A stretch of DNA of 64,000 nt. Source: an uncultured bacterium. GTDB taxonomy: Bacteria; Acidobacteriota; Thermoanaerobaculia; Multivoradales; JAHZIX01. Below are positions 54,843 through 63,161 of this stretch, piece after piece. Every line of letters begins with the position of its first letter. Position 1 is the stretch's first letter. Under the pieces are notes generated by a model, which searched no databases, was not told where the DNA came from, and saw nothing but the letters and a program-made list of their open reading frames with translations. The position numbers were made by a program, and so were the translations under genes. The DNA lies in NCBI GenBank assembly GCA_965368975.1, contig CBDUPA010000022.1, forward strand, positions 32,001-96,000, read 5' to 3'.

Positions 54843-56078
54843 ATGAGTGGCTTGCATCGTTTTCGCAATAGTGCCAAGGCTATGGCGCTGACCGCGCCGT
54901 CGTTTCAGCAGGTCCGTGACCACGGTCTCGTCGGCCTGAGCGTCGAGAACCTCGGTGGTGACCTTCTGCGCGGCGCCGACGGCACCGAGTTCACCAGCTT
55001 CTCGTTCTACTCCTACCTCGGGTTGGAGAACCACCCGAAGGTCATCGAGGGTGCTATCGACGCTTTGCGTCGCGTCGGTATGTTCCGCATGCCGATGTCA
55101 CGCATGCGCGCCAACTTCGACCTCGTTGAGCAGATCGAGGCTGACCTCTCCGAGCTGTGGCGCTGTAACCTGGTACTCACCTCGTCGGCCAGCAACGCCG
55201 CGCTCGGGGTCCTGCCGCTGATGGCCGCCGGCCTGATTGGTGAGGGCGAAGCGCCCGTGATGGTGTTCGACGGGCACAGCCACTTCTGCATGAACCTGGC
55301 CAAGCCCGTGTGCGCCGACGAGACCGAGGTGCTCACCTGCCCGCACAACGACTTCGATTTTCTGGAAGACGTGTGCAAGAAGCACGAGCACGTCGCCTAC
55401 GTCGGGGACGGCGTCTACAGCATGGGCGGTGCCTCGGCGCTCGATGAATTGCTGCGCTTGCAGGACAAGTACGGTCTCTACCTCTACTTCGACGACACCC
55501 ACTCCGTGTCCCTCTACGGTGAGTTCGGCGAAGGCTTCGTGCGTGCCCGCACCGAGGACCTGCACGAGCGCACCATCATCGCTGCGTCCCTCGGCAAGGG
55601 TTTCGGTGCCTCGGGTGGGGCCATTCTGATGCACCAGCGTCACGCCCAGGCCCTCTTGACACCTTATGGCGGCCCGGTGGTCTGGTCGCAGAGCCTCAAT
55701 GTTCCGTCATTGGGCGCCATCGTTGGTTCGATCGAGGTCCACCGCACGCCCGAGCTAGCTGAGTTGCAGCAGAAGCTGCGTCGCAACATCGAACTCTTCG
55801 ATCGTCAGATCGGCACACCGCAACAGGGCGGTCCGTTCCCGGTGCGCGTCATTCGTATCGGTGCCGCCGAGGAAGCCGCCGAGATCTCCGGTGAATTGCT
55901 GCGTCGTGGCTTCTACTGCTCCGCCGTCTTCTTCCCGATCGTCGCTCGCGGCCAGGCAGGCCTCCGCGCCATGCTGCGCGCCAACCAGAGCGAAGAGCAG
56001 ATCGTCCGCTTCTGCGACACGGTCAAGGACGTGGTGGGAGAAGAGCGGTTGCAGGAGCTGAGCACGCCGTCTGCCTGA
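54843..56078 (+). CDS. PLP-dependent alpha-oxoamine synthase (KtmB-like), copy 2
   Basis: Paralogue of 50979-52199: LHRFRNSAK, SYLGL, HSHFCM, FDDTH, SLGKGFG. Confidence 0.85.
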   Translation: MSGLHRFRNSAKAMALTAPSFQQVRDHGLVGLSVENLGGDLLRGADGTEFTSFSFYSYLGLENHPKVIEGAIDALRRVGMFRMPMSRMRANFDLVEQIEADLSELWRCNLVLTSSASNAALGVLPLMAAGLIGEGEAPVMVFDGHSHFCMNLAKPVCADETEVLTCPHNDFDFLEDVCKKHEHVAYVGDGVYSMGGASALDELLRLQDKYGLYLYFDDTHSVSLYGEFGEGFVRARTEDLHERTIIAASLGKGFGASGGAILMHQRHAQALLTPYGGPVVWSQSLNVPSLGAIVGSIEVHRTPELAELQQKLRRNIELFDRQIGTPQQGGPFPVRVIRIGAAEEAAEISGELLRRGFYCSAVFFPIVARGQAGLRAMLRANQSEEQIVRFCDTVKDVVGEERLQELSTPSA

Positions 56079-56206
56079 TCTCCTGCTTGGCCCCCTTTTT
56101 TGCCACTTAGCGCGTCTTCATATAGAGAGACATCGAGTCGGAGCCGTCGTGCCGCAAGTACTTCAAGCGCACGCTCTCCCGCTCGGGCGAAAGGAGGTGA
56201 GCGCGA

Positions 56207-56296
56207 ATGAACACGGTTTTGGCGTTGCAGGATCTGAGTGATGGTCGCGATGACACGCAGCAGCTGTCGTCGCTGATCAGCCTGAATTGTTGCTGA
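56207..56296 (+). CDS. lanA: Class III lanthipeptide precursor, 29 aa: MNTVLALQDLSDGRDDTQQLSSLISLNCC
   Basis: Below the ORF-track size cut-off. Perfect SD AAGGAGGTGA (56191-56200); leader VLALQ (LxLQ motif); core S-x2-S-x2/3-C; directly upstream of LanKC. Confidence 0.88.
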   Translation: MNTVLALQDLSDGRDDTQQLSSLISLNCC

Positions 56297-56328
56297 GCTC
56301 AGCACCGGCTTGATCTTACGCAAAGACA

Positions 56329-56376
56329 GCTTCGGGCGCTTCGCGTCCGCGTCGCGCCCGGAGCAGTATTCTTTCT
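56329..56376 (+). terminator. Stem-loop between precursor and lanKC (attenuator or stabiliser)
   Basis: GCTTCGGGCGC...GCGCCCGGAGC followed by AGTATTCTTTCT. Confidence 0.5.
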
Positions 56377-56426
56377 CGATAGCACAACAGCCCGCTGGCG
56401 CTGGGCACTGACCTTTTGGATGCACC

Positions 56427-59132
56427 ATGGCACTCGCGATAGAGCGGCGACTGAAGCGCGGCATGTTCGCCTTCACAGTCGTCGATCGAAGATACTTTGA
56501 AGATCTCGCACGTTATCAACCGGCCGATCGCACGTTTCAAGACCTGATCGAGGCTCATCTGCCGCCAGCTTGGAGCTGCCGGCGGGAGGAGATCTGGCTC
56601 AAGGTGGTTCCGCCGGAGCGGCCGCTGCCGGCACAGGGGTTCAAGATTCACCTCTCGGCCACCTCGCGTTCCAGCCGAGACACTCTGGGGCGGGTACTGC
56701 CCCTGCTGCTGGAAGGCGAACTGGCTTTCAAAGTCGTGGCCGACGATTTTCTGCTCGACTTCTTGAATTCCAAGAACGGCTCTCGATCCTCCTCCGGCAA
56801 GTTCATCACCATTTACTTGCCCGAGGCGGAGATCGGACTGGACTTGTTGCCTCGACTGGAGCAGGAGGTTGGCGAGGCGGCGGCGCCGTACATCTTGACC
56901 GACCGGCGCTACGGGGACAGTCGGGCGGTCTTCTATCGCTACGGCGGCATCCGACCGCACTTCCGGCTCAATCTCTTCGGTGAGAAGGAGCCACTGCTGC
57001 GCCTACCGGACGGCAGCCAGGTCCTCGACGAGCGGGCCCCTGTGTTCAGCTGTCCACCGGGCATCGAGGATCCGTTTCAGCCGCCGCAGGTCACGAGATC
57101 GGAAGCCGCGGACGACACCGATCTGCTGCGGGGACGCTACCGGGTGCTCGAGGCACTGCAGTTCGCGAACTCCGGGGGAGTCTACGCCGGGATCGACGTT
57201 ACGACGGGGCAGAAGGTCGTGATCAAAGAGGCGCGGCCCTACGTCAGCGTGCGTCGCGGCTCGGATCTGGACGCCGTGGCGATCCTGGACAAGGAAGCGC
57301 GGGTTCTGGAGCGCTTGCAACCACTGTTGTGCGTGCCTCGCTTGCTCGATCGCTTTGAACATTGGGAGCACTCCTTCCTGGTCGAGGAGTACATCGAGGG
57401 CCGAACCCTGTCCTCGTACCGAGCCCTCGACGATGTCGGCCTGCTGGTGCAGCCGCGCCTGACAGCTCAGCGGGTCGCAAGCTTCTGTCGCCGCTTCGCG
57501 CGGCTCGGTCTCAATCTGTTGCGGGCTGTGCGCGCGTGTCACGATCTCGGTGTGCTCCTGGGGGATCTTTCGCCATCGAACGTGCTGGTCGACCTGGAAA
57601 CCCTGGATGTGACGCTGATCGATTTCGAAGGCGCCTTCCTGGACGGCGACCACCGTGGCCAGGAGATGGCGGCGGTGACCGGCGGGTTCGTGTCGCCGCG
57701 CCGGATTCAGGGGCAGGCACCGGTGCCCGAGGACGACTACTACTCGCTCGGGTCCGTCCTCTACAGTCTGATCCTGCCGATCCAGGCCTTCTTCCCCTTG
57801 CAGCCGGAGGCGCAGCGGACGATGTACCAGGCGATCGAGCACGATCTCGACCTCCCGGCGGAGGTCGGGGCGGGGCTCTTCGCGCTGCTGGACGGTGAGC
57901 CGGAGCGGGCGCGTGATCACCTGGAAGCGCTCCTGCGACTGCCGCCGCGGCCGACGGCCTGGTGCCCACGACCGCTGACGCCACCGGACGCGGCCCTGCA
58001 GCAGCAAGCCGAGTGCACCCTGCAAGCGATCGTCCGCGACCTGCAGGCGTGCGCCGACTTCGAGCGCGACGATCGCCTGTGGCCGGCGGACTACCGCGTC
58101 TTCACCACCAATCCGCTCAACCTGGCGTACGGTGCTACCGGTATCGCCCTGTTCCAGCATGCCGTCACTGGCCGGCTCGACGAACGCGTCAGGGGCTGGT
58201 TGTTGCAGCACCTACCGTCGTCCAGGACCTGCCCGCCGGGCTTGTTCGTGGGCATGGCGGGCATTGCCTGTGGCTTGACCGAGCTCGGACTGCCAGACGC
58301 AGCCCGTGATGTCCTGGAGGGGGCCTGGCAGTCGCCGTTGCGCGACGAAGGTTTCGACCTCTTCTATGGTCTCGCGGGCTTGGGGCTGGCGCATCTGTAC
58401 TTCTGGCACACCTATCGGGAACCGCGCTTCCTGGCTCGCGCTCGGTACGCGGCGCAGCGGCTCGAGCAGGCCGCGGTCCAGGCGGACATCGGTTGTTACT
58501 GGACCAACGTCGATGGTCACCAGTACTACGGCTATGCCCACGGTGGCAGTGGTGTCGCGCTCTTCCTGCTGCGCTTGCACGAAGCGACCGGCGACGTGAT
58601 GCCGCTCGCGCTCGGCCGTCGGGCGCTGGAGCACGAGATGTCGGCGGCGGTGCGGCGTGAGGGGCAGGCAGGCTGGTGGCGCGCGCCGGACCACCCTCTG
58701 CTGTCTCCGTACTGGCGCTACGGGGCCGCGGGAGTCGGTAGCGTGTTGATCCGCTACTACCAAGCCTTGGGCGACGAGCGCACCTTGCGTCTGGCCGAGG
58801 AGGCCGCCGTCTATGCCGCCTCCCGCTACTCGGTCTACCCAGGCCAGCTCTTGGGCCTCGCCGGCATGGGCGAGTTCCTACTCGACTTGTTTCTCGCCAC
58901 CGGCGATTCACGCTATCACCACCAGGCCTGGGACCTGGTGCGAAGTGTGCTGCACTTTCGGGTCGAGACTCCTCATGGCATCTCGTTTCCGGGTGAGGAG
59001 TTGATCCGCTTGAGCACGGACTTCGCCACAGGTAGCGCCGGTATCGGCATGTTCTTGGAGCGTTGTTTACGGCCACGGCATCGCTTTCTCCTGGACTTGC
59101 CAGCACACAGAAAGGTACCTGGCGATGCTTGA
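56427..59132 (+). CDS. lanKC: Class III lanthipeptide synthetase (lyase-kinase-cyclase)
   Basis: Lyase QGFKIHLSA, SGKFITIY, FYRYGG; kinase NSGGVY, IKEARP, GDLSPSN, IDFE; LanC-like YAHGGSG, YWRYGAAG, STDFATGSAG with no visible Zn-ligand cysteines. Confidence 0.93.
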   Translation: MALAIERRLKRGMFAFTVVDRRYFEDLARYQPADRTFQDLIEAHLPPAWSCRREEIWLKVVPPERPLPAQGFKIHLSATSRSSRDTLGRVLPLLLEGELAFKVVADDFLLDFLNSKNGSRSSSGKFITIYLPEAEIGLDLLPRLEQEVGEAAAPYILTDRRYGDSRAVFYRYGGIRPHFRLNLFGEKEPLLRLPDGSQVLDERAPVFSCPPGIEDPFQPPQVTRSEAADDTDLLRGRYRVLEALQFANSGGVYAGIDVTTGQKVVIKEARPYVSVRRGSDLDAVAILDKEARVLERLQPLLCVPRLLDRFEHWEHSFLVEEYIEGRTLSSYRALDDVGLLVQPRLTAQRVASFCRRFARLGLNLLRAVRACHDLGVLLGDLSPSNVLVDLETLDVTLIDFEGAFLDGDHRGQEMAAVTGGFVSPRRIQGQAPVPEDDYYSLGSVLYSLILPIQAFFPLQPEAQRTMYQAIEHDLDLPAEVGAGLFALLDGEPERARDHLEALLRLPPRPTAWCPRPLTPPDAALQQQAECTLQAIVRDLQACADFERDDRLWPADYRVFTTNPLNLAYGATGIALFQHAVTGRLDERVRGWLLQHLPSSRTCPPGLFVGMAGIACGLTELGLPDAARDVLEGAWQSPLRDEGFDLFYGLAGLGLAHLYFWHTYREPRFLARARYAAQRLEQAAVQADIGCYWTNVDGHQYYGYAHGGSGVALFLLRLHEATGDVMPLALGRRALEHEMSAAVRREGQAGWWRAPDHPLLSPYWRYGAAGVGSVLIRYYQALGDERTLRLAEEAAVYAASRYSVYPGQLLGLAGMGEFLLDLFLATGDSRYHHQAWDLVRSVLHFRVETPHGISFPGEELIRLSTDFATGSAGIGMFLERCLRPRHRFLLDLPAHRKVPGDA

Positions 59133-61566
59133 GCAAGGCTTGCGCACCGGACTACGTCTGATGACTCGGCAGCGAGGTTTCGCCACTGCCTTGATCCTCA
59201 CACTGGCACTGGGCGTCGGTGGGGTCACGGCTTTCTTCGCCGTGCTCTACGGCGCCGCGCTGCGGCCGTTGCCGTACCCTCGGTCCGGCGAGCTCGTCTT
59301 GTTCCAGTGGCAAGGGCCTGGAGGGGGGGCTTCCTATGCCACCAGCGAGGGGCGCTTCCGCGCCTGGCAGGCGCAGCCGTCGCCGTTCGCCGCGCTGGCC
59401 GCGCACCAGCTCAAGAGCGCGGGGCAGACCGTTGGAGATCCAGGAGGGGAGCCACGCTATGTCCAGACGCTGAAGGTCTCGACGAGCTTCTTCGAGACCT
59501 TGGCAGTGGCACCTTTCTTGGGCCGGGTGTTCTTGCCGAACGATGGCTATGCCGGGGCGTCCTGCTCGGTCGTGGTGGCTCATGACTTTTGGCGCCATGA
59601 TCTCGCTGAACAATGGCCTGCCGAGGTGCGGGTGGGTGGCGAGCACTGCCAAGTGGTCGGCGTCATGCCCACGGACTTCCGCTTTGCTCCCGCGGCGCAG
59701 CTTTGGGTACCGCAGCGTGCGGGGGGTAGGAGCGAGAGCGGGGCCAACCTCTATGCCGTTCTGGGACGGCTGGCCGAGGGGTTCGACCGACGCCAGGCAG
59801 AAAATGCAGTCAATGCGATGGGGAGAGCCGTTGCGGCCAGCGAGCCGCGGGTGGCCGAGACGGAGCGAATCCGTCTGCTCAGTCTCGAGGAGCGCTTGCG
59901 CGGTGCAGGGCGCGCTCGTCTGTGGCCGTTGGCCCTCGCTGGAGGGCTGGTGCTGTTCGTTTGCCTGCTCAATCTGTCGCATCTCTTGGTGGCGTACGTC
60001 GGGTGCCGCCAGCAGTCCCTCAGCCTGCGGCGGGTGCTCGGAGCTCCTTGGACGCGCATCGGGACCGGGATTCTCGCCGAACTGACGCTGCCGACGCTGA
60101 CCGGGATCGGGCTCGGGCTGGTCCTCGCATCCGCGGTCCTGGCGTGGGTCTCGAAGACGGGCGCTCTGGCACTCTCAGCGGTCGCGGTGGTGTCGTTGGG
60201 GTGGGTCGAATTTGCCTTCGCTGCCTGGATCACGGTTCTGTGCATGGGCTTGGTGGTCACGGTCTTGGTTGTGCGCATGGCTCGACGCGAGAGCTCCTCC
60301 GCCTTGCGTCCAGAAGCCGCGCACCGCTCCTGTACTCGCATCGTCGGGCGGCCGCTGGCTCGCAGACTGGTGGCTATCCAGGTCGCGTGCTCGTTGGCCG
60401 TTCTCTTCACGACTTTCTTGTTCTATGGCAACCTGCAGCGTCTCGGCCGAGTCGATCTGGGGTTCGATACGGCAGGTGTCTGGACCTTTCAGGCTCCACG
60501 AGAGGCGGTGGCGTCGACGGCCGGCAACCAACGCTTCACCGAGGCGGTGATCGAGCGCTTGCAGCTCCTGCCGGGAGTCACGGCGGTGGCCACGACGACC
60601 AGTCTGCCGACAGAACTCGGGCTCAACATTCCCGCGGAAGTCGAGAGCGGGCAGGTGCTCGACGCGGCTTCCGTCGAGTTACGGGCCGTGAGTCCGGACT
60701 ACTTCCGAGCCTTGAGTATTCGCATCGAGCAGGGCCGTGGACTGGATCCCCTCGACCAGGCAGGGACATCGCCGGTCGCCGTGGTCAACGAAGCCTTCCA
60801 GCGGCGCTTCTGGGGCCGGGGGCCGGAGAGGGACGCGCCCAGTGCTGTCGGTCAGCGTCTGCGGTTGGCGCGAGGTCTGGGGCCTCTCAGCGACGCGCCG
60901 CGGGAGGTCGTGGGCATCGCGGCGGACGTCCGTACCGCTGGCCCGGCCGTGCCAGTGCCGGCGATTGTCTATGTGCCTCGGCCGCAGCTGCCAGAGGCCC
61001 TCCAGGAGCTGATCGATCAGGCTTTCCCAGTCTCGTTTGTGGTCCGTCTCGAGAACGAGCGCACCCTCGATCCTCGCCGCGTGCGGGCCCTGGTCCGCGA
61101 CGTGGAACCCTGGCAGGCGCTCACCGCCCATCGCGGTATGGCTGAGGTGGTGCAGGGAGCCCTGAGCGGGCACCGGCTCCATGCCCTGCTAGCAGTCTTG
61201 TTCGGCTTTTTGGGACTGTCGCTGTCGTCGCTGGGCATCTTCGGGGTCACCCATGCTGACGTGGTCCTGCGCACCCGGGAGTTCGGAGTACGTAAGGCCA
61301 TTGGGGCCTGTGAGAACAGTGTGCTCCGCCTCGTTCTGGGTACAGTCCTCGGACGGACGCTGGCCGCCATTGTGGTCGGACTACCTCTGTGCGGCGCCGT
61401 CTTCCGTGGACTCGGAAGCCTGGTCGTCTTCGACGATGACTGGCTCGCTGCGCTTGGCGGCGCAGCCTTGTGCGTTCTCGCCGTCGCCGTTCTGGCGGCT
61501 GTGGTCCCCGCGTGGCGTGCTGCGCGTCTGGACCCTCTGTGCGCTCTGCGCTCCGAGGAGAGCTGA
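59125..61566 (+). CDS. Duplicated MacB/FtsX ABC permease (ADOP-like)
   Basis: LTLALGVG...RPLPYP, GRVF, VVGVMP, VDLGFD, REFGVRKAIGA, PAWRAARLDP..ALR; overlaps the lanKC stop. Confidence 0.85.
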   Translation: MLEQGLRTGLRLMTRQRGFATALILTLALGVGGVTAFFAVLYGAALRPLPYPRSGELVLFQWQGPGGGASYATSEGRFRAWQAQPSPFAALAAHQLKSAGQTVGDPGGEPRYVQTLKVSTSFFETLAVAPFLGRVFLPNDGYAGASCSVVVAHDFWRHDLAEQWPAEVRVGGEHCQVVGVMPTDFRFAPAAQLWVPQRAGGRSESGANLYAVLGRLAEGFDRRQAENAVNAMGRAVAASEPRVAETERIRLLSLEERLRGAGRARLWPLALAGGLVLFVCLLNLSHLLVAYVGCRQQSLSLRRVLGAPWTRIGTGILAELTLPTLTGIGLGLVLASAVLAWVSKTGALALSAVAVVSLGWVEFAFAAWITVLCMGLVVTVLVVRMARRESSSALRPEAAHRSCTRIVGRPLARRLVAIQVACSLAVLFTTFLFYGNLQRLGRVDLGFDTAGVWTFQAPREAVASTAGNQRFTEAVIERLQLLPGVTAVATTTSLPTELGLNIPAEVESGQVLDAASVELRAVSPDYFRALSIRIEQGRGLDPLDQAGTSPVAVVNEAFQRRFWGRGPERDAPSAVGQRLRLARGLGPLSDAPREVVGIAADVRTAGPAVPVPAIVYVPRPQLPEALQELIDQAFPVSFVVRLENERTLDPRRVRALVRDVEPWQALTAHRGMAEVVQGALSGHRLHALLAVLFGFLGLSLSSLGIFGVTHADVVLRTREFGVRKAIGACENSVLRLVLGTVLGRTLAAIVVGLPLCGAVFRGLGSLVVFDDDWLAALGGAALCVLAVAVLAAVVPAWRAARLDPLCALRSEES

Positions 61567-61579
61567 GAGCGGGGAGGGG

Positions 61580-63094
61580 TTACGACCCCGAGCGCGGGGG
61601 CGGTGGCGGCAGCTTCGGTGGCGGTGGTAGGTCGTCTGCTTCGCTCGCCGCTGGCGGTGGCGGAAGCTCTGGCGCCGCCGGGGCGGCTGGTGGAGGCGCC
61701 ATCGGAGGGGGAGGTGGTGGCGCCGGTGCCGCTGGGATCGGTGCCGCAGGAGGTGGTGCCGCAGGAGGCGGTGCCGCAGGAGGCGGTGCAACTGGAGGCG
61801 GTGCAACTGGCCGTGCCGCTGGCGGTGCAACCGGCGGCGGACCCAGGCGGGCTGGACTCGGGCGGGGCCCAGCCGGACGGCGGCGGGTGAGTAGGACGAT
61901 GACGACGATCAACAGCACCAGGGCTACAACGCCACCGATCAGGAGTCCTTGCTTGCCGCCGAGCTTGGCCAGCAGGCCGGTGTCGGCCGCGGAGTCCGCG
62001 CCGGGGGGTTGGCCGGTGCCGTTGTCGGGCGTCCTCTCTCCGGCTGGGTCTCCACCCGCTTGAGGTGTCGCCGGATCGAGCGCCTCCGCCTCGGAGCCGG
62101 CTGGGTCGGTGGTGCCGTCGGTAGTCGTGCCGTCTTCGCTCCCCGTCACGCTTCCATCTGGATCAGGGACGCGGCGGATCGTGTCCGGCATCACGCGGAT
62201 GGTCGGCGGTTCTGCCGGGGGGATTGTCGGTGGGGGTGGTGAGCTGCGCGGAGCTCGACGGTTCGGGGGAGGTGGGCTCGCGGGTGGCACAGTGACCGGC
62301 GGCGGTGACGGCTGAGATTCCGAGCGGTTCGGTCGACGCGCGGGTGGTTGGGCAGTCCCGGACCCGGACGAAGACGTCGTTCCCTGCCGGCGATCACGGC
62401 TGGCCGTGGCGGCGAAGGCTTCGAGGTCGGGCGCGGCTTCTTCCAGGATGCGGTCGAGCAGTTCCCGGTGGCGCTTGCGGCGGAAGGCCGAGAAGACGCT
62501 GTCGGAATCGAGAGGGTTGTCGAGGGCCTCGCTGCGGCTCTCGTCGCGGTCGTCACGGTTCCAGGTCCGTTCGTAGCGGCGACGGAAGATGTAGTCAGCG
62601 CTGGCGGTCTCGATAACCAGGATCTCCAGGGTCATGCGCTGCTCCCGCCGCTGGTGACGGTAGCCGCGCACGATGCCGGTGAGCACGTAGGGCACGCCCA
62701 GCCGCTGGCCCAGGCGTGCGCCCAGGCTGGGATCGACGGCCACGCGCTCGGCCGGGATGCCCAGTTCCGCCAACGCGCTGCGGACCGCGGTCCGACTCGC
62801 TGGCACCATGCTGTCGAGCTGCGACAAGGTGCTGTGCAGCGCTGCCTCGCTGTGCTCTTCGAGGTCGGACAAGCTCTCCCCGGAAGCGTTGACGATCTCG
62901 ACGACCGCCACCTGGATCTGCGCCGCTGCCGGTGCTGCTGCTAGAAGCGCTGCCAGCAGCACAGCCAGCCCAGTCGAGACCAACAAAGCGAGCAGGCTGA
63001 GGGTCGAAGGATGCAGAGTGCCCCTCCGAGGCGTGAGGATCCGGGGTGTCCCCGGTGCTGGCGGTTCCGGTGGTGAAGGGGCCAGATGGAACAT
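61580..63094 (-). CDS. Single-pass protein: CsgG/TolB-N-like extracytoplasmic domain, Pro-rich linker, TM, Pro/Ala-rich tail
   Basis: Signal-like hydrophobic N-terminus; VAVVEI...ARLGQRLGVPYVLTGIV; TM LLIGGVVALVLLIVVIVLL; repeated APPPA. Confidence 0.6.
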   Translation of the reverse strand: MFHLAPSPPEPPAPGTPRILTPRRGTLHPSTLSLLALLVSTGLAVLLAALLAAAPAAAQIQVAVVEIVNASGESLSDLEEHSEAALHSTLSQLDSMVPASRTAVRSALAELGIPAERVAVDPSLGARLGQRLGVPYVLTGIVRGYRHQRREQRMTLEILVIETASADYIFRRRYERTWNRDDRDESRSEALDNPLDSDSVFSAFRRKRHRELLDRILEEAAPDLEAFAATASRDRRQGTTSSSGSGTAQPPARRPNRSESQPSPPPVTVPPASPPPPNRRAPRSSPPPPTIPPAEPPTIRVMPDTIRRVPDPDGSVTGSEDGTTTDGTTDPAGSEAEALDPATPQAGGDPAGERTPDNGTGQPPGADSAADTGLLAKLGGKQGLLIGGVVALVLLIVVIVLLTRRRPAGPRPSPARLGPPPVAPPAARPVAPPPVAPPPAAPPPAAPPPAAPIPAAPAPPPPPPMAPPPAAPAAPELPPPPAASEADDLPPPPKLPPPPPRSGS

Positions 63095-63161
63095 GCGCGC
63101 GAACTCCCTGGATGTCGAGAGAGCCGCCGGAGGTTCACTCCGGCGGCAAGGTAACGGGATC

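Noticed and set aside
56207-59132. Canonical lipolanthine (avionin) cluster
   Set aside because: No HFCD decarboxylase, FAS/PKS, ACP or GNAT/FabH acyltransferase in the window.
61600-61840. CRISPR-like or non-coding repeats (also 3780-4075 and 36080-36160)
   Set aside because: They are in-frame Pro/Ala/Gly/Gln coding repeats with no spacers and no cas genes.
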